DNA from: Candidatus Marinacidobacterales bacterium
Lineage (GTDB): Bacteria > Acidobacteriota > Vicinamibacteria > Marinacidobacterales > DATDRI01
Length of the DNA stretch: 64,000 bases
Direction of reading: 5' to 3'
Assembly: GCA_965219415.1 (NCBI GenBank)
Contig: CBDCNP010000002.1
Span: forward strand, 4,352,001-4,416,000
The notes beneath the pieces are model-generated. The model was given only the letters and a program-made list of their open reading frames with translations. It ran no database searches and was not told where the DNA came from. Below are positions 43,648 through 54,987 of this stretch, piece after piece; within the stretch, counting starts at the first letter, position 1, and each line of letters begins with the position of its first letter. The position numbers and the translations under genes are program-made.

Positions 43648-43836
43648 ATGAACGAACGCTTCCGTGTCGGTGTCGACATCGGTGGGACGTTCACCAACTT
43701 CGTGCTGTTCTACAAGACCGCAGGCAACCTGAAGCTCGAGAAGACCTACCGCACGCCGCAGGATCTGCGCCAAGCTCCCAGGCATCGAACCGCAGCGTAT
43801 TCGAAAGGGGCAATCCAAGAACCGGCTGGCTCGTGA
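43648..43836 (+). pseudogene. Hydantoinase/oxoprolinase A N-terminal fragment
   Basis: RFRVGVDIGGTFTNFVLF. A divergent fragment of an SBP paralogue lies at 43434-43590. Confidence 0.7.
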
Positions 43837-43876
43837 TTCCCGTGGAGGGAGATCCAACTTCTTAGGAGGGAAGCAA

Positions 43877-44284
43877 ATGGCACATAAAAACTTTAGCGTG
43901 GCGGTCGACGATCTTCCATGGGAGCCGTGGGATCTCTATTTCAAGGGCGCACCGCCCAATCCCGAGAGCGGCGAGTACGGTGGCTGGTGCAAAGTCCTGC
44001 GACGCCCCGAAGGTGAGGACCCAGCCTGGACGTTCTTGCTGAGGATCGTCCCCCCGGCCGGAAAGAAACTCCGTTTCGCCGCCATCGCCGGTAGTAACGA
44101 AGAGGGATATCTTTTGGCTGGCAGTGCAGTCGACGCTCAGGGCCGTCGTACCCTAGAGGCGGGAAGCTACTTTTTTACAGCCGCCGGCGCTCCACACGCC
44201 GGCTTCTTGAACGAAGAGCATCTGGTCCTTGTGCACTACGACGGCGACCCGGACATCGTTCGGGAGTTAGAGGTCGTGGACTGA
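43877..44284 (+). CDS. Cupin-fold (ChrR-like) protein
   Basis: Strong RBS; DDLPWEPW, EEGYLLAG, GSYFFTAAGAPHAG. Confidence 0.65.
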   Translation: MAHKNFSVAVDDLPWEPWDLYFKGAPPNPESGEYGGWCKVLRRPEGEDPAWTFLLRIVPPAGKKLRFAAIAGSNEEGYLLAGSAVDAQGRRTLEAGSYFFTAAGAPHAGFLNEEHLVLVHYDGDPDIVRELEVVD

Positions 44285-44510
44285 GAGGCCTCGGGTGGAT
44301 CCCACTGCAGGTCCTCAATCCGGTCAAGTTTGTGCGGAGCCCATGCCGCCGGTGTCATTTCCTTCGAAGTTGTCCCATCAACGAGTGGAGCTGATCGAAC
44401 CGAGCCACACACACGGCTTGGGGCCTGCTGCCCACAGTGCATGGTGGAAGCACCGGTCTCCCGGTAGAAAAAGGGCGATTATCCTCCCCGTCGTCGCCTC
44501 GTGCGCAAGG

Positions 44511-44676
44511 GGTGCTTGCGCTGTTTGCTGTTGGTGATGTGTACGTATCCCTTTGCAAAAAAAGCGCTTACGCTCCATTTAGCGCACGGCGAAGGTCGTG
44601 AGCGCTATTTTGGCTGTAATTTAATGCAGCGTAAAGTCTTAGCGTCATCTCACCAACACTTAATAGCGGAAGCACC
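44511..44676 (-). mobile_element. 166-bp IS1-type MITE (copy 8)
   Basis: Termini and interior conserved. Confidence 0.85.
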
Positions 44677-45546
44677 GAACGAGCAGTAGGAATTGCACGT
44701 GGTACGTCATGATGGAGCGGAAGATAACACCTTCGGTCCAGACGATTGTAGAGCCCACGGCCCTTGGCCAGGTCGCAAAACACAGACTCTAAGTGGCTGA
44801 TTTATTGGTCCTTCCAAAAGGGCCGAGTTTTGGCACAGGACGGGGATCGCATTGTGGGAGTCGAAGCGGCCATCCCGTCGTGTCCAAGAACACAAACGAA
44901 CTCAAGACCCTTGGCTGCCTTGGCCCGGTCGCAAACACAGACACTAAGCTACTGATTTAATAGGGCCGAGTTTTGGCACAGGACGGGATCGGGACCAGAC
45001 CTACGGAGCGTACTTCGATAGTCGCGTCGACGGTCTCGGGATGGAGCAGGTTCTTCCCGCACCGCGCTCCCCACCAACAGCAAACAGCGCAAGCACTGCG
45101 TCGCACTGAACACTAGATTTCCCCCCACAATGGAAGCCTTGCCATCAACAGGTGAAACGGGACGAGCAACCCCCCGCTGCCAGGAGTTTGACGCCGGATT
45201 CTGTGCTGCGCCGTCGGGAGCAGTGCCGTTCCAAAAGAAAATTAAGAGGACACGTTCAGGCATGAGCAGCTAACATAGTGGAACGGCCAGTTAGGGTCCA
45301 CGAGTTTACCGCGCAGAGGGTAAGCTTCCCGATCTCCAGGCATAAGCCGCTTCCTGTGCTTCTTTACGGATTCAAGAACCAGCGCGATCACCTACAATCA
45401 CCTCATCGCATTTTGAACAGCCTACTTTCAATCCTTCCATTGTCTCAATACACCATGCTTCAGTGCCGCACTTGCGACACTTGAGCCGTTCGCCTGTTTC
45501 CAGATATGTATGTATGGCTCATTCTCCCATATCCCTCGCCGCACCG

Positions 45547-45915
45547 TCACTGGACCTCTTCGGCACGATCCTCAGCAATTTTCGCCTGACCCGATCTTCC
45601 GAGGCCCTCGTGGACCATACCCAGAAGTTTCCATGCCTGCGTCTTCCACGGAGCCAGTTGTACGGCGCGCTCAGCAGAATCGATAGCGCCGCTGAAATCG
45701 CCTGTTCGCCACCGAAAGTAGGCTCGCTGAAACGGAATCTCCCAATATTCTGGACAAAGCGATTGACCTCGATTAAGTACCGCTTCCGCCTCTTCGTATT
45801 GTTCTGTCCACTCACGGAATCGCGCCAAGTAGCAGAAGTCGCTGGGTTCTCTCATCTGTTCATCACGAACGATCTGAGCAAAAAACTCAACGGCCTCCGG
45901 TACAATCACGCGCTT
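45547..45915 (-). pseudogene. TPR protein C-terminal part
   Basis: GDFSGAIDSAERAVQLAPWKTQAWKLLGMVHEGLG; 5' end unclear. Confidence 0.55.
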
Positions 45916-46164
45916 TCCATCCGTTGTGACCTGACCCCACGTCTAGTACCACGTTGTATCTCAGTAATTCGGTGCTGACAAGGGCTGGTTGAAGCCGGCG
46001 GAGTGGAGCGGAGCCGGTTTCAACCAAATCGTTTCCGGTGTCGGCGGTCGGTAACCCGACGAGCTGTGGGGTCTGAGACAATTGAACTCTTGCCGGCCGA
46101 GTTTGAACGACGGATGATGATTTCGGCAGCTTAACTAAACCGTCTACGAAACCGGATCAAGCCC

Positions 46165-46725
46165 AGCGATGCCATCGAGCTATTGGCGCTTGGAACCAAA
46201 GCCGCCAAGACCGGTGATCTGGAGACGGCGTCGCAAGTGGAGAACCGCCTCGCCGTCCTCCAAGGCGAGGACACCTCGGGACTCAAATCACGGGTTCAGG
46301 GACAGGTCACGCTGGAGGACCTGAAGCGCACGGTTGGGATCTCTTATAGAGCGGTAGCGGCTTGGATCCGGCTGAGGGAAGGACGGCCTGAAGAGGCGCT
46401 CGGATATGTGAAGGAGGCGTTGGCTATCGAAGCGGAGATGCACCCAGCTTACGGCCCTCCTGAGCCCATTAAGCCACCTCAGGAGCTCTACGGGGAAATC
46501 TTGCTCAAGCTCGGTCGCGCCCAAGAGGCGGCCGCCCACTTCGAGGAGATGCAAATCCGTTTTCCGAATCGCACCCAATCGATTCTCGGCGCCGCATAGG
46601 CGGCCGTCAAGATGGGCGATGCCGCCAAAGCGCGGCGGTATTACGAGCACTTACTCAAGATCTGGACGACACCAGCCAATCCCCGGGACTCCAAGAGGCA
46701 AAGCAGTACCTTGCCTCGAGCGAGT
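46165..46725 (+). pseudogene. TPR protein C-terminal fragment with an internal stop
   Basis: GPPEPIKPPQELYGEILLKLGR...FPNRTQSILGAA*AAVKMGD, preceded by an IS3 end (46091-46164). Confidence 0.55.
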
Positions 46726-46817
46726 AAAAGCCAGAAACAGCGAACGCAAGGACTAGCATAGACGGGGAACGACCGCGTTCGCCACATGCCCGTAGCCGTT
46801 CCGGCGCTTTTCCAGAG

Positions 46818-48413
46818 CTATTGTTTGCGAAGATACTGAAAACGCAGGATCTGATCATTGAAATGGACGTAGCCGTCTACGTTCCGCCTGGTCGCCAGGA
46901 GGAAGTCGGGCTGTGTGATCCACACCCTCGGGGCTTCTTGGATAATCCTCTGTTGTACTTCGGCGAGAAGCTCTCGACGGCTCACCGGCTCCAGCTCCGT
47001 CCCCGCTCGGTCAATCATCTCATCCAGCACGGGGTTTAAGTACTCACCGGTGTTCAAGAAAGCCCCACTGATATAACCGAGGGTAAGTGGATAAGCAGGA
47101 TCGTCCACAAACCACAGATTCTGATCCAAGAACAGCCGCAGAGAGCGGGAGGCGCGCCGCTCGGCGTAGACGGCGGGAGTGAGCTTGACGATGGTCACTT
47201 CGACCCCAATCTCTTTGAGCGCCGATTGGACTAGGACCGCAATGGCCTCGTGATCGGGTACACCGCTATCGAGTGCCAGATCCACCGCGAACCCCTCGGG
47301 ATAGTCGGACGATGCCAACAAGGCCTTGGCTCTTTGGGGATCGCATTTCCCAAACGGGTAGTTCCCGGGCTGGTGTCCGGGAAAACCAACCGGGATCGGT
47401 CCGGCGGTGGCTTGCGCCCGACCAAAATAGACATCCCTCATGATCGCCTCGTACGGCACCGCGTACGACAACGCGTGCCGAACCTGAACGTCATCGAAGG
47501 GCGGCATCTGGCAGTTCATGACCAAACTGACAGTTTGCGTGCTCGGTAGTGAAAGCACTTTGACTCCTGGTACACGCGCCATCGCGTCGTTCTCTTCTGC
47601 GGAGAGACGTTCCACCACATCCAAATAGCCCGACACCAGCAACATCATGCGATCCGCGGCGGAGGGAATGATCTTCATGACCACCTTGTCGATCGACGGT
47701 GCGCCTCTCCAATAGTTCTTGTTGGCCCGCAGAATGATTTCGACGCCTCGGGTCCAGCTGTCCACGAAGTAAGCACCCGCACCCGCGGTGTTCTGGCGCA
47801 GCCAAGTCTCGGCCCATTTCTCTTCGGGCTCGCTTTGGGACCGGACGAGCTCGGGATCAAGGGGTCCGGCGTTCGGCAATATGAGAAGGCGGGGCAACAA
47901 TGGGATGGGGCGATCCGTTGTGATCCGCACGGTGTCTTTAGTGATGACCTCGACCGCTTCCGGACCGGGGACACGCCCCAAGCTTCGATAGAGAAAGGCG
48001 CCGCCCGACCCTTTGACCCCGAAATTTCGATCGAAAACGCGCTTGACCGTCTCGGCGTCAACGGCGTGACCGCTCGGAAACCGAACTCCCGGGCGCACTT
48101 TGAGATTCCAGGTAACGCCGTCGTCGGCGACGGTCATCGACTCCAGGGCGGCACCTTCCAGGCGGTCGGGAATCCAATGTCGCAGACCTTGTTCGTTCAA
48201 CTCCCATGAATGCGTCATGAGGGTCTCGTACGTGTTCATGATGACACCCACGGATCGCGGCGTCGAAGCAAAGACACTATCGAAGGTCGCTGCATCATCC
48301 GGCACGCCGACGATGAGCGTGGCGGGGTCGTTGGCATCAGACAGTTCGGCACGTCCACAGGCTAAGCCAGTGAAAAGGAGGAAGCCGCAGGATACCAACC
48401 CTAAGCTGTTCAT
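46818..48413 (-). CDS. ABC transporter substrate-binding lipoprotein, family 5 (peptide/nickel)
   Basis: Lipobox LAC; YETL; LKVRPGVRF; AGAGAY; PPFDDVQVRHAL. Confidence 0.9.
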   Translation of the reverse strand: MNSLGLVSCGFLLFTGLACGRAELSDANDPATLIVGVPDDAATFDSVFASTPRSVGVIMNTYETLMTHSWELNEQGLRHWIPDRLEGAALESMTVADDGVTWNLKVRPGVRFPSGHAVDAETVKRVFDRNFGVKGSGGAFLYRSLGRVPGPEAVEVITKDTVRITTDRPIPLLPRLLILPNAGPLDPELVRSQSEPEEKWAETWLRQNTAGAGAYFVDSWTRGVEIILRANKNYWRGAPSIDKVVMKIIPSAADRMMLLVSGYLDVVERLSAEENDAMARVPGVKVLSLPSTQTVSLVMNCQMPPFDDVQVRHALSYAVPYEAIMRDVYFGRAQATAGPIPVGFPGHQPGNYPFGKCDPQRAKALLASSDYPEGFAVDLALDSGVPDHEAIAVLVQSALKEIGVEVTIVKLTPAVYAERRASRSLRLFLDQNLWFVDDPAYPLTLGYISGAFLNTGEYLNPVLDEMIDRAGTELEPVSRRELLAEVQQRIIQEAPRVWITQPDFLLATRRNVDGYVHFNDQILRFQYLRKQ

Positions 48414-48434
48414 AAAACTAAGCTTAACCCATGA

Positions 48435-48828
48435 TGGGTGCATACTGAATCCCGCGGTCGGAATGATGCACCAGCCCTTGTTCCGGCAAACGATGTCCCA
48501 GGGCCATGTGAAGCGCTTCGAGGGCAAGCTGTGTTCGTAGGTGCGGTTGCATCGCCCAGCCAACGATGCGACGCGAGAACAGGTCGACGATGATGGCCAG
48601 GTACAGCCAGCCTTCCCATGTCCGAACGTACGTGATGTCCGTCGCCCACGACTGGTTCGGTCGGTCGGCTTCGAAGTTGCGCGCCAGCAAGTTGGGCGCG
48701 ACCGGGCGATCGTGGTTGCTATCGATGGTACACCGGAAGCGCTTATGCGGCACGCCCCGCAGGCCCATCTCGCGCATCAGCCGGGCAACGCGCTCTTTGC
48801 CCACCTCGACGTCTTCGTTGCGCAGCTG
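48435..48828 (-). pseudogene. IS3 orfB fragment
   Basis: WATDITY...HSDRGIQY. Confidence 0.8.
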
Positions 48829-50028
48829 GGTGCTTCCGCCATCAAGTGTTGCTACGCAGCTGCGGGCAGTGGTACAGGTGCAGAAGAGACTGGGTTGCGC
48901 GCCCTACTGAGCAGGAAAACCTCGATCCGCGACCACAAAGGAATCGTCGTCGCCAAGAAGATGTCTCGAAAGGTGAGCCGTCGCGTGGTGAGACCGGCTT
49001 GCATAGCCGGAGTTCGGATCTCACGTCCGAACTTCAGAGCTCCGTGCGGTCGGACGAAGTTGTAATAGCAACGGAGCAACTCCAGGTGCTCATCGAGCCT
49101 CTCCGTCGAGCGAGCGTGGGAAAGCGTTCGTCTCGAAAGGTATGCCGAGCTTTGCCGGATGGTCAGATTCAACCGCTCGATGAACGACGTGTTCAATGTC
49201 GAAGAGTCCTCGGAGTTATTGAGCGCGTCTTCGAATCGCCACGCGGCTCCGTGCAGCGCTCTGCGTTCGACCTTGATGATGCGATCGTTCCTGCGCGTTT
49301 TGAGGACCTGGCCGTAGAGACACGCTGGCCCGAAGAAGCGACGGATGACTTTCTGGTAGAATTCGAATCCATCCGTGACGATCAAGGGAAGACGCTCGAA
49401 ATTCATCCGCTTCGAAAGGTCGCGAAACAGAGCGTGAGTGTTCCGGTAGCTTCGCCTTCCCGTCACCGTCGATGGCCAGAGCCGAGACCAGACCTCGATT
49501 GTAACGAAGACCCAACTCGGTGTCTTCTTGTTGCCCGCGAATGTGCGAATCTCGTCGGCTTGAAGCTCTTCGGCAGCGAAGCCAGCGATCCTTCTATGAT
49601 TGAATCGACGACACACTTGGGCTGCCTTCTCGAGCCAGCGGGCGACGGTGTTCCAGGCAATCCCTTTGATCCGGGAAATCGAGGAAATGCTGACACCCTC
49701 GACTCTGAGAGCGATGACCCCATCGAAAGTAGCTCTTCGATGTTGGAGACGGTAGTAGGGCGTGCCTTTCGTCGAAGAGAACGTCTTTCCGCACTCGCCG
49801 CACCGGTATCGACGGCGTTTCCCGGACCTTGTTCGGTAGAATCCGTGGCGAACGATGTTTCCGGAACTGACTTTGCCCCGCAACGGACATGCGAGATTGA
49901 GACATCTGCGATTCTTCACTTTGGCTCGGCCCTGACGATGAGAGAACTGTGTCTTCGGAATTCTGGTCCAAACTCTAGCACGCAGACCGGTTAGGGGCTG
50001 GCCGCCAACACTTAATTGCGGAAGCACC
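48829..50028 (-). mobile_element. Complete IS1-family element (1200 bp); single-ORF transposase 48852-49919
   Basis: IR ggtgcttccgccatcaagtgttg / caacacttaattgcggaagcacc. Zn ribbon (C..CP, CGEC), HTH, QADE, VTDG, NTSFIERLNLTIRQ. Confidence 0.9.
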
Positions 50029-50699
50029 ATCGAAGTCTGGTCTCGGCTCTGGCCATCGACGGTGACGGGAAGGCGAAGCTACCGGAACACTCACGCTCTG
50101 TTTCGCGACCTTTCGAGACGGATGAATTTCGAGCGTCTTCCCTTGATCGTCACGGATGGATTCGAATTCTACCAGAAGGTCATCCGTCGCTTCTTCGGTC
50201 CAGCGTGTCTCTACGGCCAGGTCCTAAAAACGCGCAGGAACGATCGCGTCATCAAGGTCGAACGCAGAGCGCTGCACGGAGCCGCGTGGCGATTCGATGA
50301 CGCGCTCAATAACTCCGAGGACTCTTCGACATTGAACACGTCGTTCATCGAGCGGTTGAATCTGACCATCCGGCAAAGCTCGGCATACCTTTCGAGACGA
50401 ACGCTTTCCCACGCTCGCTCGACGGAGAGGCTCGATGAGCACCTGGAGTTGCTCCGTTGCTATTACAACTTCGTCCGACCGCACGGAGCTCTGAAGTTCG
50501 GACGTGAGATCCGAACTCCGGCTATGCAAGCCGGTCTCACCACGCGACGGCTCACCTTTCGAGACATCTTCTTGGCGACGACGATTCCTTTGCGGTCGCG
50601 GATCGAGGTTTTCCTGCTCAGTAGGGCACGCAACCCGGTCTCTTCCGCACCTGTACCACTGCCCGCAGCCGCGTAGCAACACTTGATGGCGGAAGCACC
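50029..50699 (+). mobile_element. IS1-family 3' half, back-to-back with the complete copy
   Basis: Inverted duplicate of 48829-49500. Confidence 0.85.
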
Positions 50700-51312
50700 C
50701 CGCGAGGCGCTGATGCGGATGTGGCGCTACGCGGTCATCACGCTGCTAAGGGGGGCCGCACGCCGCGGTGTTCTCGACACCGACATGCCTCGCAACGTAT
50801 TACAGCAATTGCTCACGGCACAGTATGAACGGCGGTGGCACATCTACATCGGGCGGGGTCGGAGCAAAAAGCAGGTTCTGGGATATGCGGGCCGGTATGT
50901 CCGACGTCCCCCGATTGCACAACACCGGTTCCGGAAGATTGACGGTCAAGAAATCCGATTCGTGACGAAGGACACGCGCACGAAACAGGTAGTCGAGACC
51001 ACCTACACGCCAGGCGAGTTCCTGGCTGTCCTGGCCGATCACATCCCCGACCGGTACCGGCACAACATCAGGTACTTCGGTCTGCTCGCTCCTCGCGTGA
51101 AGAGCGACACACACGACGCGATCTTCGCGCTGCTGGGCCAGGAACGGCTAGGAAAGCCTCCTCGACTACGTTGGGCCGCATCGCTAAAGAAAAGCTTCGG
51201 GATTGACCCGCTCCTGGATCGTGATGGACAGCGGATGCGTTGGGATCGGCGGGTACCACCGGCACCATCCCGTGGTCATGGGTTCAGGAAGCCAGCCTTG
51301 GCGTCGCGGTAG
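50700..51312 (+). pseudogene. IS91-family (Y2) transposase C-terminal fragment
   Basis: YAGRYVRRPPIAQHR and HIPDRYRHNIRYFGLLA. Confidence 0.8.
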
Positions 51313-51817
51313 CGCCCTTTGTCTCGCCGATCCTAAACTGATTCGCTTCCCGCCTACGAGAAAAGCTCCCAGCGGGCTCCAGAGCATCAGGCCGCAGAGA
51401 TTTGACCCGCCTCCTCCACTACGATCTTATTGATCGTTATGGGTTACCTTCCGAGCCAGCGTGGGCTAAACCCAGGCGCCGATGAGCAACGGACGGCGGC
51501 ATATCTCCATCGCCGCACTGGCTCCCTCGCCGCCTGTACGCCTGTGAGGGCTGGCTCCGGGGCGCATCAGAAATCAGATTTTGATTTTCCTAAAGAGATT
51601 AAAGATGAACAAGAATACCTCGACCCGCGACCACAATCGCATATAATAAAGGATGTTGGCGTACCCACAAAGATGTCCCTGAACGTCAGCCACCGCGTGA
51701 TCAGCCCAGCCTGCATCGCCGAAAGAACTTGTATCAGCTGGGACGGATAGGGAACCGTTCGGCGGGCTCGGGTGACAGGGGGTACTACGGTACCTGCTAC
51801 CCCCATACTGGAAACTA

Positions 51818-52762
51818 ATGGCTGCTACCGATCTGACTCAATACCAGTTTGAGCGGCTTGCTTTTATTCGGTATCTGTTCAAGCTTGGTATCCAGCACGC
51901 CCAAGATCCAGGACCTCAGTCAAGTGTCGCCATTCTTCTGTTTCATGACGCCGTAGAGCTGTTTCTCGAACTCGCCTCGCAAAAACTCGACGCCAAGCCT
52001 GCAGATAACTTCATGAAGTACTTCTCACCGCTCGACGAGAAACTGCGGCCCGGTCCACCGTTACCTCTGCGTGAGAACATGCGACGCCTGAACGATGCGC
52101 GCAATGCTCTGAAACACAAGGGGTTGCGTCCTGACCGATCAGATCTTGAGCACTATTCGAATATCGTGATCCGGTTCTTCGAGGAGGTGACGCCTCGAAT
52201 CTTCGAGGTCGACATGGACTCCGTGTCCCTCGTCACCGTCGTTCGATGTGAAACGGCGCGAAAGTACTTATATGTCGCCGAGGCCGCCTATAAGGAAAAT
52301 CGGGCGGCAGACGGATCGGGCGCTTGCGCAGAAGCGTTCGATGAACTCCTCTCCGATTACGAAAGACGCCATGGTGACCGTTGGGGCCAATCTCCTTTCT
52401 CTTCCGGACACTATCTTCGCGACCCACGGTTCTTCGATGAAGAACTATCCCGTGTCGAGAAGCAATTTGAAGAGAGTATTGAAGATCTGAACAAGGCGGT
52501 GAAGGTGCTGCAAGAGAGGATGCGGCTGCTCAGCCTTGGTCTCGACTACCGGCGGTACGTGACATTTCGGCAGCTGACACCAAAGGTCTGGGATATGTTG
52601 GCGAAGCCAAGTCGTCGGATCGACAAGCCACCAAACATCACCTTAGAGCAGTTACAGTTCTGCATCGGCTTCGTAATCGACACTGCCCTTCAACTTCAGG
52701 TTGCGGAAGGTAATATCGGACATCCCGCCGACGGAACAGAACAGAGGAGGAATGATGGCTAG
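51818..52762 (+). CDS. HEPN-like domain protein
   Basis: AILLFHDAVELFL plus the R-x4-H motif RNALKH. Confidence 0.6.
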   Translation: MAATDLTQYQFERLAFIRYLFKLGIQHAQDPGPQSSVAILLFHDAVELFLELASQKLDAKPADNFMKYFSPLDEKLRPGPPLPLRENMRRLNDARNALKHKGLRPDRSDLEHYSNIVIRFFEEVTPRIFEVDMDSVSLVTVVRCETARKYLYVAEAAYKENRAADGSGACAEAFDELLSDYERRHGDRWGQSPFSSGHYLRDPRFFDEELSRVEKQFEESIEDLNKAVKVLQERMRLLSLGLDYRRYVTFRQLTPKVWDMLAKPSRRIDKPPNITLEQLQFCIGFVIDTALQLQVAEGNIGHPADGTEQRRNDG

Positions 52763-53093
52763 TTTGATCTATGCCAACGGGAAGCTCTGGGCAGCCGTTG
52801 GGATTCTCGCGACGCATCCCGGACGCATCCAAGAGCGACTGATCAAGGCCTGCCACGAAAGTCTTGGTTTTGTGCCCGAGCCCGTCTTACCAAGTTATCT
52901 CAAGCCAATCTATCAGCGTGTCTGGCAAAGTGTGACGTCATCGGCTGGATCCGAGCAGGAGGGCCGTTATAAGCCTTCGATCTCTATGCTCTCCGACGAT
53001 GAGGCGGTAGCTGTTGCCAAGGATGTCGTCGAGTTAGCCTATCGCGTCCGTGAAGCTGTGAATGACGATCTTGATCGCCGTAGCCGTCGTTAA
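52752..53093 (+). CDS. Small hypothetical protein overlapping the HEPN gene
   Basis: GGAGG RBS; 11-nt overlap; 113 aa. Confidence 0.55.
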   Translation: MMASLIYANGKLWAAVGILATHPGRIQERLIKACHESLGFVPEPVLPSYLKPIYQRVWQSVTSSAGSEQEGRYKPSISMLSDDEAVAVAKDVVELAYRVREAVNDDLDRRSRR

Positions 53094-53112
53094 CGCTCAG
53101 CTCGATGTTTGA

Positions 53113-53278
53113 GGTGCTTCCGCTATTAAGTGTTGGTGAGATGACACTAAGACTTTACGCTGTATTAAATTACAGCCAAAATAGCGCTCACGACCTTCGC
53201 CGTGCGCTAAATGGAGCGTAAGCACCTTTTTTGCAAAAGGATACGTACACATCACCAACAGCAAACAGCGCAAGCACC
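53113..53278 (+). mobile_element. 166-bp IS1-type MITE (copy 9)
   Basis: Termini and interior conserved. Confidence 0.85.
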
Positions 53279-53546
53279 GAAAGATCGGCCAAGAGAATTC
53301 GCTGCTACAGTCCGACGGTGCGATCGCGGCCATGTTCCCGGAGTGGTTCCCAGCAGAAGAGCGGCCGGTCACGCTCTCGATGCGTTCAGAGCACGAGGAT
53401 ACAGAAGAACTGTTCTGGCAGAGCGAAGCGGCTCATTTGCGTGCCGCGTTCAAACGCCACGTCGTGCCCCGTATCGACGAAGGTAACCCCAACCATTTTT
53501 CCGTCTTCGCGTTTGCCAATCAGCCGCTTCTCATCCTGCTAGGTGT
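53279..53546 (+). pseudogene. SAVED-domain (CBASS HNH-SAVED-like effector) internal fragment
   Basis: AMFPEWFPAEERPV...FWQSEAAHL...HFSVFAFANQPLLILLG. Confidence 0.7.
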
Positions 53547-54830
53547 TGTCCATCATCATTATTGGTCCGGGACTGGATCTAGGCCCGGACCGCCCTCGAG
53601 CCCATGCTGGAGAGCGTGGTCAGCGCGCGAGGGAAGGTGCTGAGGACGAACTTCTCGGCGACCAGCCGAGTAACGCGAGCGACCAAGCTGACTCAGGCTG
53701 CCTCTCGCCACTCGTATCGGCAGTGCAGTCCACCGACTCGCGGCAGTGCGACTACTTTCGCCGTAGGAGACGGTCGGTGCGTGACCGCTCTCAAGCTTGG
53801 TGTGTCCTTGTTCAGCCCCAAGTGGCAACGGTCCTCATGATAGTAGCTGATGTAAGCTCGCACGAGCCGGATGAGATGACATGCGCCGAGAACCACGACG
53901 TGCTCAAGGAGCTCGCGGCGGCAGCTGCCGATCCACCGCTCCGCGGTTCCGTTTTGCCATGGGCTGCGAAACGAAGTGCGAACGGGTTTTGTGCCCGTTG
54001 CTTTGATGAACTCGATGACCGCAGCGCTAAAGATGAAGTCGCGATCGAAGATGAGATATTTCGGAGCGGTGTCGTAGGGAAACGCCTCACGCAGTTGCTG
54101 AATAACCCAAGCAGACGTCGGGTGGAACGTGGCGTTGAAGTGAACGATGTGCCGACGACCGTGCTCGATGATGAAGAAGCCATACAGCAGCCGGAGCGAC
54201 GCGGTGGGCACGGTGAACAGATCCATGGCGGCGATATCGTCTTTATGGTTGCGCAAGAAAGCCATCCATCGCTTCAGCTGGTCGGGCTCCGCGGGACGCC
54301 GCGGCAGGTATCGCGACACCGTGCTCTCGGAGATGATGAAACCGAGCTTGGTGAGCTCAGCATGGATGCGTGGCGCCCCCCAGCCGTCTTGCGCCATCGT
54401 GCGGACGAGGCGACGGATCTCGACATCAATCCGAGGCCGACCGGGGTGGCGGCGCTGCGAGATATTTGCCCAGTACCGTCGGAATCGGTCGCGATGCCAA
54501 CGGGCCACGGTGTCCGCGTGGACGATGAGCAGGCGGCTCGCCCACACGGGCCACGAACCTCGAAGGGCAACCCAGAAAGCCCGTTCCGTGTCCTCGAGCG
54601 GTGAGCGTGGGCACTCTTTCTTCAGCGCCGTCACTTGCTGCCGCAAAGCGACGTTCTCCAACACCAGGTCGGCGCGGCGCCGACACATCGCCCGAATGGC
54701 ACGGACGCCAAGTGAGACGAGGAAGACAACAACGTCGAGCATAGCGGCGGAGTTTCGCCATCTTCTGCTCGGAATTCAAGCGGAGCGTAAGTCCTTGATT
54801 TCGTGGGCGGAGCAGTTTTGACGATGCACA
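53547..54830 (-). mobile_element. IS481-like integrase-core IS, copy 2; CDS 53693-54742
   Basis: Near-identical to 4671-5956. Confidence 0.85.
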
Positions 54831-54987
54831 ACCTCTTGCATCATCCACTCCCCGACGATTGGGAGAAACAGCGCGCCCTCATCGCAACGCTTTAAGGTGC
54901 CAAAACTCGGCTCTTTTGAAAGAAACCACAAATCAGCAGCTTAGTGTCTGTGTTTGCGACCGGGCCAAGGCGGCGCAAGGGTCTTGG

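Noticed and set aside
53279-53546. Functional CBASS system
   Set aside because: Only an internal SAVED fragment is present; no CD-NTase in the window.
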